A DNA stretch of 63,531 bases, the filler included, from Hyphochytrium catenoides (taxonomy: Eukaryota > Protista > Hyphochytriomycota): assembly GCA_900088475.1 (NCBI GenBank). It is 14 parts of 14 records of this genome, joined end to end, with 100 filler letters (N's around TTAATTAATTAA, not from the genome) between each part and the next. Parts side by side here need not be neighbours in the genome. Positions count along the whole stretch, not along the records: positions 47,240 to 48,415 come from FLMG01002832.1; positions 48,516 to 55,368 come from FLMG01000455.1; positions 55,469 to 58,722 come from FLMG01003865.1; positions 58,823 to 63,531 come from FLMG01003702.1; 10 more parts are not named here. The stretch is one strand, 5' to 3'. The translations under genes and the position numbers were made by a program. The notes under the pieces are model-generated. The model searched no databases, was not told where the DNA came from, and worked only from the letters and a program-made list of their open reading frames with translations. Of the stretch, positions 47,240-59,133 are shown piece after piece (within the stretch, counting starts at the first letter, position 1; each line of letters begins with the position of its first letter).

Positions 47240-48415
47240 CCTCCTAGTGCCCTCACTTCCCATAGAATCCTCCCGCCTAGTGTCTCTCTACCTTCAAAGC
47301 GAGAGCCTGAATGAAGTTCCGCCCTCAAGGTTTAGCAACATGAAAGTAAAGTTTGGTCAGGATATAGTCGCAAGTGGCCGCGAATTTGTACAGAAGATCA
47401 CAGTCAACTACACCTTCGGCGAGGAGGATGTTCCAGACTACATAGACTATGTGCTAGTAGACACTGCTGCTCTCATCCTGGGTGGTAGACTAGACACGTC
47501 GTGTGCTGGGCTCAATTTATGGAACTCCGACCGTCTGACCACCTTAAGTATTTGGATGGACATTGTAGAATGCAACAGAGCGGAGTCAAGGCTCTGGTTC
47601 CGCCTTCCCTACCTTCATAGGGGTGACGTGCTTAATCTGTACTTATCTTACCAGAAACGTCCCGGAGCGGGAAGCAGCTCATTTCAGGGAGAGGCTGTTT
47701 TTGCAGGAATGGATAAAGCGAGGGATTACCGTTTTACTGACTCTTTTGTTCCTCTCGCGCCGTCGGGCGCCTTATCTCTTTATAACAAAGACTGGAAGCT
47801 TCCTCTCCCAGGATACCGCCAAACACCCCGGCAAAATGTCCCTCTAACCTTCACACAGGATATGGAGCTCCAAGTCCTTGCGAGACTGAAGACTCCCCTC
47901 TTCGCTGGTCACAGTGTCCACACATCTTGGTCTCGAGCAGACAACACTACGCAAATTTTCCTACTCTCTCCACGACGGTCCACCGTCTATGACCCGCAAA
48001 TGAAGTTGCGTCAGCGCTCAGTTATCACACTTAATTGGAAGCAGAGGGCCTTGTTCATCCTTGAGGAAAACATAGATGGTGACTCTCGAAGAACAGCCAT
48101 GAACTTTAGCATTCCAGAGAACGAAACGAGGTTGGAAGTCCACTTGAATCTGGGATGGAACGGGGCGGTGAATATGTATATTGGGCGGACGAGTACAAGC
48201 TTCTCTATTCCACAGGAGATGCTGCAAAAAGGGCTCTTTCTTTATGCTGGCGCATCTTGTGAAGCTCGGGAGACCTGTGTCGCTCAATCCCTCCACTGGC
48301 TTACGGTGACCCCTTCTCTGCCTGTGCGGTATAGGCCAAATATTAGATTAGAACATGAGGGAAACATATGGCGTCTCTCTTTCTCTTCCTCTCAACGATT
48401 TCCATCAGCTACCCC
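47240..48415 (+). CDS. DUF2341-domain protein fragment, intronless, 3'-partial
   Basis: KITVNY...PDYIDYVLVDTAALILGGRLDTSCAGLNLWNSDRLTTLSIWMD...SRLWFRLP...LNLYLSY..P.A......GEAVF follows the DUF2341 pattern (DTA.LI..GKM..D..D.RF..YWIE..IWVKVP..IYLYYGNP..G..VF). Confidence 0.62.
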
Positions 48416-48939
48416 NNNNNNNNNNNNNNNNNNNNNNNNNNNNNNNNNNNNNNNNNNNNTTAATTAATTAANNNNNNNNNNNNNNNNNNNNNNNNNNNNN
48501 NNNNNNNNNNNNNNNGAGAGAGAGAGAGAGTGAGAGAGAGAGAGGTCAAATGAAAGAAAGAACGTGGCCAATAGAAAGAGAAAGAGAGAATGAGAGAGAT
48601 ACCGGTCAAAAGAAAGAAAGAGCGTGAACAGTAGAGAGAGAGTGGGAGAGAGAGAAAATGACAGAAACACGGAGCAGCGGGAGAGAGAGATAGAAGGAGA
48701 GGCAGCGAGAGAGAAAACGCGAGGCCAAATTTTATGTTTCTAAAAGAGAGAAGGAGGATGAAAGAGAGCAATAGAAAGCGACCGGGTAGAGATAAAGGTC
48801 AGACACAAGGGCTATAATAGACGAGTCAAAGAGAGAAAATAGGAGGGAGGAGAGAAGGGTCGAAGAGAGAGACACAGAGAAGGAAGAGCTGCAAGGATCG
48901 GAGAGCCGGGGGAGAAGTGTTTAGGGAAGTGGAAAATTA

Positions 48940-48996
48940 CCTCTATCCAGGCTTCTTTGAATCCGTTGAGGTCCATAGTGTCGCCCTGGAGGGGAG

Positions 48997-49032
<36 letters not shown>

Positions 49033-49512
49033 AAGAGAGAGAAAGAGAGAGAAAGAGAGAGACAGAAAGAGAGAGAGAGAAAGAGGGAGAGAGAAAGAGA
49101 GAGAGAGAGAAAGAGAAAGAGAGCAAGAGGGAGAGAAAGAGAGAGAGAGGAAGAGTGGGGTAGGAGGAGGATAGAGAGGGAGAGAGGGGCAACAAGAGAG
49201 AGAGCCAGAGGGAGAGACAGTGAGTGAGGGAGAGAGAATAGTGACAATCAAGCACTCGGCCTTCGACGGTAGGGAAGAAGTGTTCCTCTCTACCTTGCCA
49301 TACTGTAGAAAGAGTCTCTCCTGCATTCCGTCCCCCACGCTAGTTGAGAAAGACTCCTATCAATAGCAGTATTAAAAGGACGGAATGAAGGCCAGGAAGA
49401 ACAGGCAATACGGCCAGGATGAGAGAGAAGAAACGAGAGTGAGAAGGAGAGAGAGAAAAAGACAGAAAAAGAGAGAAAGGGGCGAGAGAGAAGAGAGAGA
49501 AGGGGAGAGAAA

Positions 49513-49551
<39 letters not shown>

Positions 49552-50033
49552 AAGAGGTGGGGAAGAGAAGGAGGGAGAGAGGAGAGAAAGGAGGAGCGAG
49601 AGAGAAAGATAAGAGAGAGAAGGGGTGGAGAAAGACACAAAGAGAGAGAGAGAGGAAGAGGAAAGAAGAGAGAGAACAAAGCAAGAGAGAGGAATGAGAG
49701 AGATAACGGGGCCGTGTAGAAGGTACAGCCTACCAGCATATCGGCAAAGTCAGCCTCGTCTACTTCTCCCTTAACGTCGCTAGCATAAAGCTTCATGGGC
49801 CAAGGGACAACGCGCAAGTTAGGACAGAAAAGGTTGCTGCTAGAGGAAGAGAAAGAAGAGCGAGGTATGACGACTAAGAACAGAACGAAAAAAACAATCG
49901 AGGAAGGAAGAGAAAGGCAAGGGGCAAAAGAGAGGAAGAAAGACGACAAGAAGGGGAAGACAAAAGAATAAGCAACCCATGCTTGCCTCCACGCTAGAGA
50001 GAGACAGAGGGGAAGGGGGAGAGAGAGAGAGAG

Positions 50034-50093
<60 letters not shown>

Positions 50094-51180
50094 TGGGCCA
50101 CAGACCAAAAAGATGTCTGTGGGAGTAATCATTTTGCTTGGTTTAAAGCCGAGCGGGTTCCCTGTTGCAGGGTCACAGGTGTACATAGCGATCTGATCGA
50201 TAGCACAGACATATGAGGTATGTGAGGGAGGGAGAAACAGAGAGAGAGAGAGAGAGACAGGACAAGAGAGACAGGAGGAGAGAGAGAGAGGGGAGAGAGA
50301 AGAGAGGGAAAAGCTGTTACGGTTCGTTGGAAGAGAGTCACAGGTTGATTCGGACTGTCATCTCCTAAAGACTTTACCTCGCCCCTTTGTAGGTCCTCTC
50401 TCTCTCTCTCTGTGCGTGTGATCTCTCTCTCCTTTTTCCTTAGCTCCATCCGATCTTGAGATTCTCTCTTCTCTATTCCCGGTCAGTGTGTCTCTTTCCT
50501 ACCTTGAACTCTTCCACGTCAATCTGCCCTGAGCCATCGGTATCACAGGCACGAAAGTACTTGAGAGCCTTTGGGGAGCTAAGGAAGATGGAGAGAACGC
50601 AGAGTCACAGATGAGAGGGAGAGAGAGAGAGTAGGAGGGTGAAGATGTAGAGAGAAAGAAGAGAGGGGAGAGAGGGAGAGAGAGAGAGAGAGAGAAAGAA
50701 AGAGAAGTCTGACTAGTTAGCGTTGCTTCCGTCAAGCTGCTCTACTTTCTAAGTCCATCTCCCTCAATCATCCTTACTTTCTTCCAGGTCTTTTTCTTCC
50801 TTTTTGAGTCCCCCAAGCCTCTTATCTCTCTCTTTGCCCTTCTCTCCTTCTCTCTTTTTCTCTTCGTCTCTCTCCCTTCAATCCTTCTCCCTCTTTGTCT
50901 CTCCTCACCTAAGCTTTATCCCCAGCTTCGGCAACATGGCTTTGAACTCGTCCAGATCAATGGTCCCCGTGCCGTCCTTGTCAAACTCTTTGAACATCTC
51001 TTCAGGAGTTCTCCCTCGGAGAGAGTTGACCAATAATTTCTCTCTCTTTCTCTGCTCTGCGCCCTCTCCACTGTCTTCCAGCTCATCATCACTCTCTTCC
51101 CGAAGACCCTCCAGAAGAGAGAGACCGCTAAGACGAGAGGTTGTCTCATCTTGCGTGGCGCCTCCCTCGCTCTCTAAAAG
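48940..51180 (-). CDS. Multi-EF-hand calcium-binding protein, internal exons; 5' exons may extend to ~53220
   Basis: MFKEFDKDGTGTIDLDEFK and YFRACDTDGSGQIDVEEFK are canonical EF loops. Further degenerate hands: KGEVDEADFADML, QERLFLQYGK|GDTMDLNGFKEAW. Confidence 0.8.
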
Positions 51181-51319
51181 AAGGAGAGAGAGAAAGAAGA
51201 AAGAGTTCGCGCGCGCACGAGAGAGAGTCAGAGGGTGAGAAAGGTGAAGGGACTCTTTATCGGAAAGTAAGCCCAGCAACAGCAGGGAGAGAATGCCTTT
51301 GTCGGTGAGAAAAAGAATG

Positions 51320-51354
<35 letters not shown>

Positions 51355-51384
51355 CAAGAGAGAGAGAGAAAGAGAGAGCGAGCG

Positions 51385-51436
<52 letters not shown>

Positions 51437-51947
51437 CAGGAAAGAAGTGCAGTCAGAAGAGAGAGAAGAGAGAAAAAAAAGAAATGACGCCATATAATAG
51501 CTTGCTATTTGGCATCACGAAGTGTGGAATTTTGAGGAGGATACTCTCTCTCTCTCTCGTGCTCTCTCTCTCTCTCTCTCTCTCTTCTTTTTCAGTTTCC
51601 GCAAACCTGCTTCGCGCTCTTTGTCCTTGGAAGACATGTCTCCTAAGCCTCTTTCAGACTCCTCCACTATTTGCAGAGGCCTCTTCTCTCTTCAGTCCAT
51701 AGCTCGAGGTGCAGGGAATGAGGAGAAGCAAGAGAGAAGCAGAGAGAGGGAGACGGGGAGAAACAGCTACGAGCTAGCGGATAGAGAGTGTGCGTAAGAG
51801 AGAGAGAGGCATCGGGAGAAAGAGAGAAAGAGGGAGGAAACAGTCAAAACGTAAGAGAGCGTTGTACCTCTTCAAGGCGGAGAGGACGATAGTTGGACCA
51901 CCGCCTGTATCCTTTCATCTCTCGCCTACGCTTACTTCTCTCTCTCA

Positions 51948-51978
<31 letters not shown>

Positions 51979-52726
51979 TCTTTTATCTCTTTCTTCTCTT
52001 CTCCCCCCCTCGCTCCCCCTCTCGCTATGATCGACTTTACCCTGTTTTGCCATGATTTCTCTCTCTTTCCATCAGCTTTTTCGCCTTTCCTAGTTCTCTT
52101 ACCTGGGACCACAGCTTTGAGACGATAGTCCGTAGTTGCTCTCTCTCTCTCTCTCTTTCTTCTTATACTCTTTTCAACTTCTCCCTCTTACTCCCTATAA
52201 ATTCAGATAGACCGTTTGCCGGAGGGCGGAGAAGAGAGAGAGAGAGAGACTCTGCCCGGAATGAGAGAGACGGAGAGAAAGAGTGCTTGGGAAGTGAGGA
52301 AGAGGGGCCCTCAAATAAACAAGAGCTTGGGCTGCAAAAAGCAGGGAAGACAAGGAATGGCCCGCTGATCAGGGGAAGAAAGTTGATTTTATAGATGAAG
52401 ATAAAATGGAGAGGTAGAGAGATAGACAAAGAAAGAAAAGAGACAGAGACCTAGACAAAAGAAGAACAGAGTGGGAGAAAGAGAGAGAGCCAGAGGGAGA
52501 GAGCGAGAGAGAGAGAGAGTGAGGGAGAAAGAGAGCAAGAGAGAGAGAGTGGGGGAGGAGGAGAGAACGAGAAAAGAAGAGAAGGATAAGGAGAAAGAGG
52601 CGTGAGAAATAAGGATAGTAGAAAATGGAGAACAACAGAACAATAGCGAGAAGAGAAGAAAAGAGCAACGACGAAGAAGCCTGACAACAAGGGAAAAGCA
52701 GAGCCAGGAGAAAACAGAGGAGAAGC

Positions 52727-52790
<64 letters not shown>

Positions 52791-52951
52791 AAGAAAGAGA
52801 AGATGAGGAGGAAGAGCATCAGGAGGAAGAGCGAAGGGTCACTTATTAGTGGAATTGTCATGCAAAACAGTATCGTCCCCTCTTCTGGGGGGATACTGGA
52901 CTTTGTAGCGTTAGCGGACTAATGATTTGGCGGGAAGTAAGGACAAAAGCT

Positions 52952-53007
<56 letters not shown>

Positions 53008-53351
53008 CTCTCTCTTTCTTTCTCTCTCTCCTCTCTCTCTCTTTTTCTCGAGCGCTTTCTCTCTCTTCCCATCTTCCACCGCTTGCTTGATCTGTAAGAT
53101 GAGCGCTATTCTGCCTTCCTATCTTGCTTCTTCCGTGCTGTTTTTCGAGCGCAGCTCTCTCTCTCTGCCTCGCGGTAGCTTTGTACTTGTCCCTCTCTCC
53201 AAGTTCTGGAGAGAGACTCATTCCACAGTCCCGAGATCTACGGAGAGGTAGCGAGCCCAACTAAGAAAGAGTCACCCATATAGCGCCAAAGAGAGAAGAA
53301 GGAAGAGAGAGAGAAAGAGAGAGAAAAGAGAGAGAGAAAAGAGAGAGAGAG

Positions 53352-53700
53352 ATGACGGGAAGTGCTGAGGCGATGAATGCCCGGGAGGCTCAGGTCTACG
53401 ATCGGCAGATTCGTCTCTGGGGCGTGGAGGCTCAGAAGAGACTGCGAAGTTCTCATGTTCTCATCTCCAGAATGAATGGCGTGAATGCTGAGGTCTCCGT
53501 CTCTCTTACTTTACCGTCTCTGCCCTTGGGCTATGGTCTCTCTTTGTGTCCTTCCTTCCTCTCTGCTTTCCTGTCTCTCTAACGCTCTACCTCTCTCCTC
53601 CTCGCACCCCTGTGTCTCTCTCTCTCTACCAATTTTATCTCTCTCTGTCTTAATTTTATCTCTCTCTCGCAGCGGAGCCCACATACATACGGCCTTCTCT

Positions 53701-53754
<54 letters not shown>

Positions 53755-54229
53755 TCTCTCTCCCTCCCTCTGTCTCATCACCCACAGACACAATCTTCTC
53801 CTCAAACCTCTCTCACTCCCTTTCCTTCTTCTTTCTCTCTCTCTCTCTCTCTCTCCGCTCTTTCTTCAGGTGTGCAAGAACCTGGTTCTGGCTGGGTTTA
53901 GCGTCACGATCCACGACGATAAGGTTGCAAAGGCAGAACATTTGGCCACTCAGTTCTTTCTCAAAGAATCAGCCGTAGGGAAGAATGTATGTGGAGCGTC
54001 ATGTCTCTCTCCTCTATTTCCTTCTGTCTCTTTTACTTGTTGCCTCTCTGTCTCTCTCTCTCTCTCTTTCTCCCTCACTCTCTCTCTCTTCTTCTCTCTC
54101 TATTTCTGCGCAATGACATGCTTTAGTATAGGTGCCTTTGGGTCCAGAGGTATTGGACTCTTCAAATTGTCTTCCGTTCTCTTCCACTATCTCTCTTTCT
54201 CCCCTGCCAGTCTCTTTTTTCCGCTCATA

Positions 54230-54276
<47 letters not shown>

Positions 54277-55113
54277 CGCCCACGCTCTTCGCTTCTCCTT
54301 TATTTTTTCCCCCATCTGTCCTTCGTCCCTCTTGCAAACTGACTCGCTTCTCATCTGTCTCACTTTTTGTTTTGCTCACGTATTGCTTTGCTTTCTTTCT
54401 TTCTCTCTCTCTCTCTCTCTCTGTCTCACACTCTGTTCTCTCTCTTTCTTTCTCTTTCTTCTTCTTCAGCGTGCAGAAATGTCTTTCCCACACGTTCAGG
54501 AGCTGAATCCTCTGGTCCAAGTCCATTATGAGACAAAGCCTCTCGCGGCCCTAGGTGCAGACTTTCTAAAGAAGTTTAATGTTGTCTGTCTCTCAGACTA
54601 TTCAGAGAAAGAGCAGGTAACACCAGAGAGGCAGAAAGTCCAAGAAGAGAAAGAACGGGGAGAAAGGATGGGGAAGAGAGAGAGAGAGACATTTTGGAAA
54701 AAGGAGGCAAGAGAGAGACACAGAGAGAGAGAGAAAGAAAGTAGGAAGGGCATAGAGAAGTCGGCAGTCAGGAAGGACATAGCCATCAAAAAAGACCAAA
54801 GAGAAGGTTAATAGAATGGCAGATAGCGGCAGCTGAACGGGCCTTCTCTCCGTCCGTCTTCTTTCTCCCTTTCCCCTTCTGTCTTCTCGCGCTCTCGCTG
54901 TGTCTTTCTTTCTCTTTCCCTGTGTCGTCTCTCTCTCTCCTTGTCTGTCTCTGTGTGTTTGTGTGTCTTTATCTCTAAGTGCGAGCCTTGCGTTGCGTTG
55001 TAGGTTCGGCTCAACAAGCTCTGCAGAGAGCTGAATATTCGCTTCTTCTGTTTTGATACGTTTGGGATGCACGGCCTGCTCTTCATAGATCTTATTCAAC
55101 ATGAGTTCAGGAG
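53352..55113 (+). CDS. SAE1: SUMO-activating enzyme subunit 1 (AOS1), 3'-partial; exons 53352-53492, 53870-53986, 54470-54616, 55004-55113
   Basis: EAQVYDRQIRLWGVEAQKRLRSSHVL..GVNAE|VCKNLVLAG..TQFFL..VGKN|RAE..VQELNPLVQV..FNVVCL..|..LNKLCRELNIRFF..FGMHGLLFIDL; the three internal joins are phase 0. Confidence 0.92.
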
Positions 55114-58100
55114 GTAGAGAATTTTCTCTTGTCTCTCTCCCACCTCTTCCGTTCTCTTTCCATCTCTGACCTTTCAATGTCTGTCTCTCCTTTCCATCTG
55201 CAGTCGCATCTCTTACTGTCTCTCTCCTCTTCCCGAGTACTCCAATGGCATTTAAGGCTCCTCTTTCTACATCTTTCTACCTCTGATCGGACGCCCATCT
55301 GTCACACTTTCTTATCACTCTGTCTGTTTCTCGCTTTCTTGTTCCCCCTGTGGATGGCTGGGCCTCCCNNNNNNNNNNNNNNNNNNNNNNNNNNNNNNNN
55401 NNNNNNNNNNNNTTAATTAATTAANNNNNNNNNNNNNNNNNNNNNNNNNNNNNNNNNNNNNNNNNNNNTAGGGACCATTGGCACGGTGGATGCTAAGCAT
55501 CGCACCGCTCATATGAGTAGGATGTGACTGCTGAAGCGGAGACAAGAAAGAGGAAGCTTCACCTTTATCCGCCACCGTCACTAGTTAAAGAGCTTGAGAC
55601 TAGTGAAGGAAGTAAATGAGATGTAGGAGTATGATGCGTATCAAACGAGGTAGAGGAAAAGATTAGGGAAAGATGGAGAGAGAGGAGGAGGAGCGAGAGA
55701 GAGAAGGAGAGAGAGAAAGAGAGGAGAAGAGAGAGAGAGAAGGAGAGAGAGTGGGGAAGAGAGACTGGCGAATATCTATTAATCTTACCGCTGAAACATG
55801 AGGCATGAGAGAGAAAGGGTGCTATAGAAGAGGAAGCTGATCAAACAAAGAGAAGCAATGAGGTGTTAGAGAAGCGCTGGAATTAGGTAAACGTTGACGC
55901 GCAGGCTACTAAGAATTCGGTTAGCCAGACACGCACTTGATGACAAGAGTAGAGCGGGAGAACAGGCAGTGAGAGGTTGAAGTCTTGGAGGGCCCCTGTT
56001 TTAAACTTCACTAGGAGATAGAAGAGTGGTCAAGAAGGAGAAAGGCAGATGCCAGATGATGGAGTGAGAGCTCGAAATGAGAGCTTCTGAAAACTAAGAA
56101 GAAACTCAGACTGGGGGGGAAACCGTCAGGGAGGAAAGCTAGGCAACATTGTTTACTGTTTGTTCACTCCAATTAGATGGAGAGGAGAGTATCGCAGGAA
56201 AAGCAGGGAACCTGAGGAGGTAAAGAGGATGGCCCAGAAGGCGTACCAAAGGCAGAGAGACTAAGGGGACCGAGAATTGCTGGACCGGAAGGGAGAGAGA
56301 GAGCTGCAGACAGGCAGACGTTTGACCGACGAAAGTAGCAGAAATAGGACAACGAGAGAAGAGAATAAAAGGAGAAAGAGAGAGAGAGAGAGAGAGAGAG
56401 NNNNNNNNNNNNNNNNNNNNNNNNNNNNNNNNAGAGAGAGAGAGAGAGATGGAGAGTTACTTACAAACAACATGAAGGGAAACAACCAGAAAGAGAGAAA
56501 GAGGGAGAGCAAGACTAGATTAAGGGATTTAGATGAAGTGGTGAAGGCGAGAGAGATACGCCAGAGTGAGAATTGAAACAGAAAGACAATGGAGGATGCG
56601 CAATCAAGAGTAACCGTTTTTTGAAGGCGACAGTTGTCCAGGACGGCTCTATTGAAGCTTTCCTCCCGGCATGTAGTCCCTCTAGAGTCCATTCCTCTCC
56701 CTCTCTCTACCTCTTTCTCTCTTTCATTCCCCTTCCCTCCCTCTCTCATCTATACTTCCTCTCACACGGCCAAGGACATTCCTTCCGCCTTACTCTGTAT
56801 AGTTCCCTCCCTCAGCTCCCGGCCATACTATCTGATATCCCTCCTTCTAATGACCTCTGCTGCGCCCCACTATCCAGTCCCTCCTCCCTTCTCTCCCCAC
56901 CTTGTGGCCCGACCGTGGTTGCTGATTGGGCAGGAAGTTATGTTCCGGTTTTCCAAGATGAGACTCCATGGGGCAAGAAAGCTAAACAGAAGGCAAGGGA
57001 GAGTCGGTTGACAGAGGCAACAATCCTTACAAATGACAGCAGAGACAGTCGTACTGTCTACTCCTTCTTATTGCCTCCCCCCAGTCTCCTTCCACTTCTC
57101 GGCTCTGTCTTTCACTCCTGTCGCCTCTCTCCTTTCTATAGAACTAGTAGGCTCTATCAAGAGTTTTTTTTTGTGTGTCCCCCACTCGAAGACGGCAGCC
57201 TGCTGTCGCAGCTGGGCAGTAAGAGGGCATTGGTACACCGTCAGGGCCCAGAGGGGGAACCTGGTTGAGAACAAGGGCTGGCCCGCCTTCAAATTCCACT
57301 TAGGGTTGTGTGCCGCTCGTTTCAGTGTCGACGGCAGCAGGCAGGATGACATGAGGTCAATGGAAAGTAATCAAGGAGAAGAGAGAGATTGTACCATAGA
57401 AGAAGAGATGTTATTTGGGGCGCGAAGGAGAGAACAACAAAGAAGAGGAGAGGACAACAGGAAAAAGGGCGGAAGACTACCCCTGACAGCTTTATTGAGG
57501 CTGCTTCTAGACTTAGAATGAATGATTATTGGAAGAGGGAGAATGCAAAAGATGGAATGGTGGGCTGCAGAGCTGATGCGGCGATGCTTCGGAAAGAACT
57601 AAACTGCGCCAGTTTTGATGAAAACTAGTGGCTGAACGAAGAAGAGGAGTTGGGGGTGGTATCTATCGATAAGCTACGCTTTTCCGTGTGTGTTGCGCAA
57701 TGGCTCCACCTCTATGAATAGCAGACTAGCAGGAGTAACATACAATAGAGTGCGCAGAGGAGGGCTTAGCAAAGCAAGAAGCAACAAGAAGCCTACAAAG
57801 AAGAAGAGGTGGACCTCGATAACAAATACGTCCGAGCAGCAGGGAGAAAGAAGAGAAAGAGGAAGAAGAAAGTAGGACTTGAATTCGCTGGAAGGCTGCC
57901 GATGGTAGAACCACACCCTTTGTTCTGCTTCTCGGGGTCTACCTGGTTATAATAATGGACCAAGTCCACGGACCAGTCTGAGAGAAGCAGAGTTGTTCTT
58001 ATGAGTTCTGATGGGAAAGACGGACAGGCTCACTTGTCTCTAGCAGAAAGAGTCTGTCTTCTCTGTTCTGGCCCTGCCAGTCAGTTGCGTTTAGACCCTA

Positions 58101-58918
58101 ACCTACTTGGTACTTCGTCTGGCTCTCAGTACTTGATAATTTTCCTTCTGCTCACCCGGATGTCGTGACAAGCTAAGAGCGGAAAGATGTATAAGCCTCT
58201 GGATGGGGGGTCACACGGCGTCTGAAATTACTAGCCTGCTGGACCTTTCCGTACCGCCTGGCTGATTCAAGCGATGGGAGGCTCTTGGCCAGGCGCATAA
58301 TAAGCAATAGCCGTGTCCTAACTCACTAACTAACGAAGAACTAAGCGTTACGGTATGCACTCCTTACCACCTCACCTACATAACTAAATACGTACTATTA
58401 TCTACCTCTAGCATTGGTCCAAGAAATCGCATCGATGGGCGGGGGGGCGGTTGACTATTCTGCGGCAGCGCATAGGACTAGTCAGCTGTGCTTCTTCTAT
58501 CCGTTGCCGCTGTGTCTAGATTTTCAGCAGGCGGCGGAGGCTGAGGATGACCGAGGAAATCTGGAAGTGACGGAGGAGGTCAACCCCATCCTACAACCGC
58601 GCCAGGAAAACCTAATATCCCTCCCTGGATATTCTACCGAACCAAAGTCCACGATTGATTGATGACCGGTTTAAGCCAAAAATATTCGTACATACAAGTC
58701 TTTGGAGAAGGACGACCAGGCTNNNNNNNNNNNNNNNNNNNNNNNNNNNNNNNNNNNNNNNNNNNNTTAATTAATTAANNNNNNNNNNNNNNNNNNNNNN
58801 NNNNNNNNNNNNNNNNNNNNNNAGGTATTGGAAAATCAAAGAAGAGAAAGAGAGAGAGTGAGAGAGAATGAAGAAGACTAAGAGGTCAATATGAAACCCC
58901 GTGGCGCAGGATCTCTCT

Positions 58919-59057
58919 GTCATGCGATTGTTTGGTTCATCCTCTGCACTCCTCCTTCCCTCTTTGCTCTCAAAACTGTCCTTGAGGTGTCATGCGATTG
59001 TTTGGTTCATCCTCTGCACTCCTCTTTTCCCTCTTTGCTCTCAAAACTGTCCTTGAG
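58919..59057. repeat. 69-bp tandem duplication within an OSCA intron
   Basis: gtcatgcgattgtttggttcatcctctgcactcctc..aaaactgtccttgagg occurs twice, nearly identical. Confidence 0.85.
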
Positions 59058-59133
59058 GCTCTCCAACATCCTTATCCGGTTTCTCTCTCTTTTCCTTTTT
59101 AGGTCTCTTCGGCTCTCTCCGGCATTCCCCTAC

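Noticed and set aside
55469-58722. ORFs 56573-57268 and 57033-57521
   Set aside because: No domain signal or phase-consistent splicing; cannot be supported as coding
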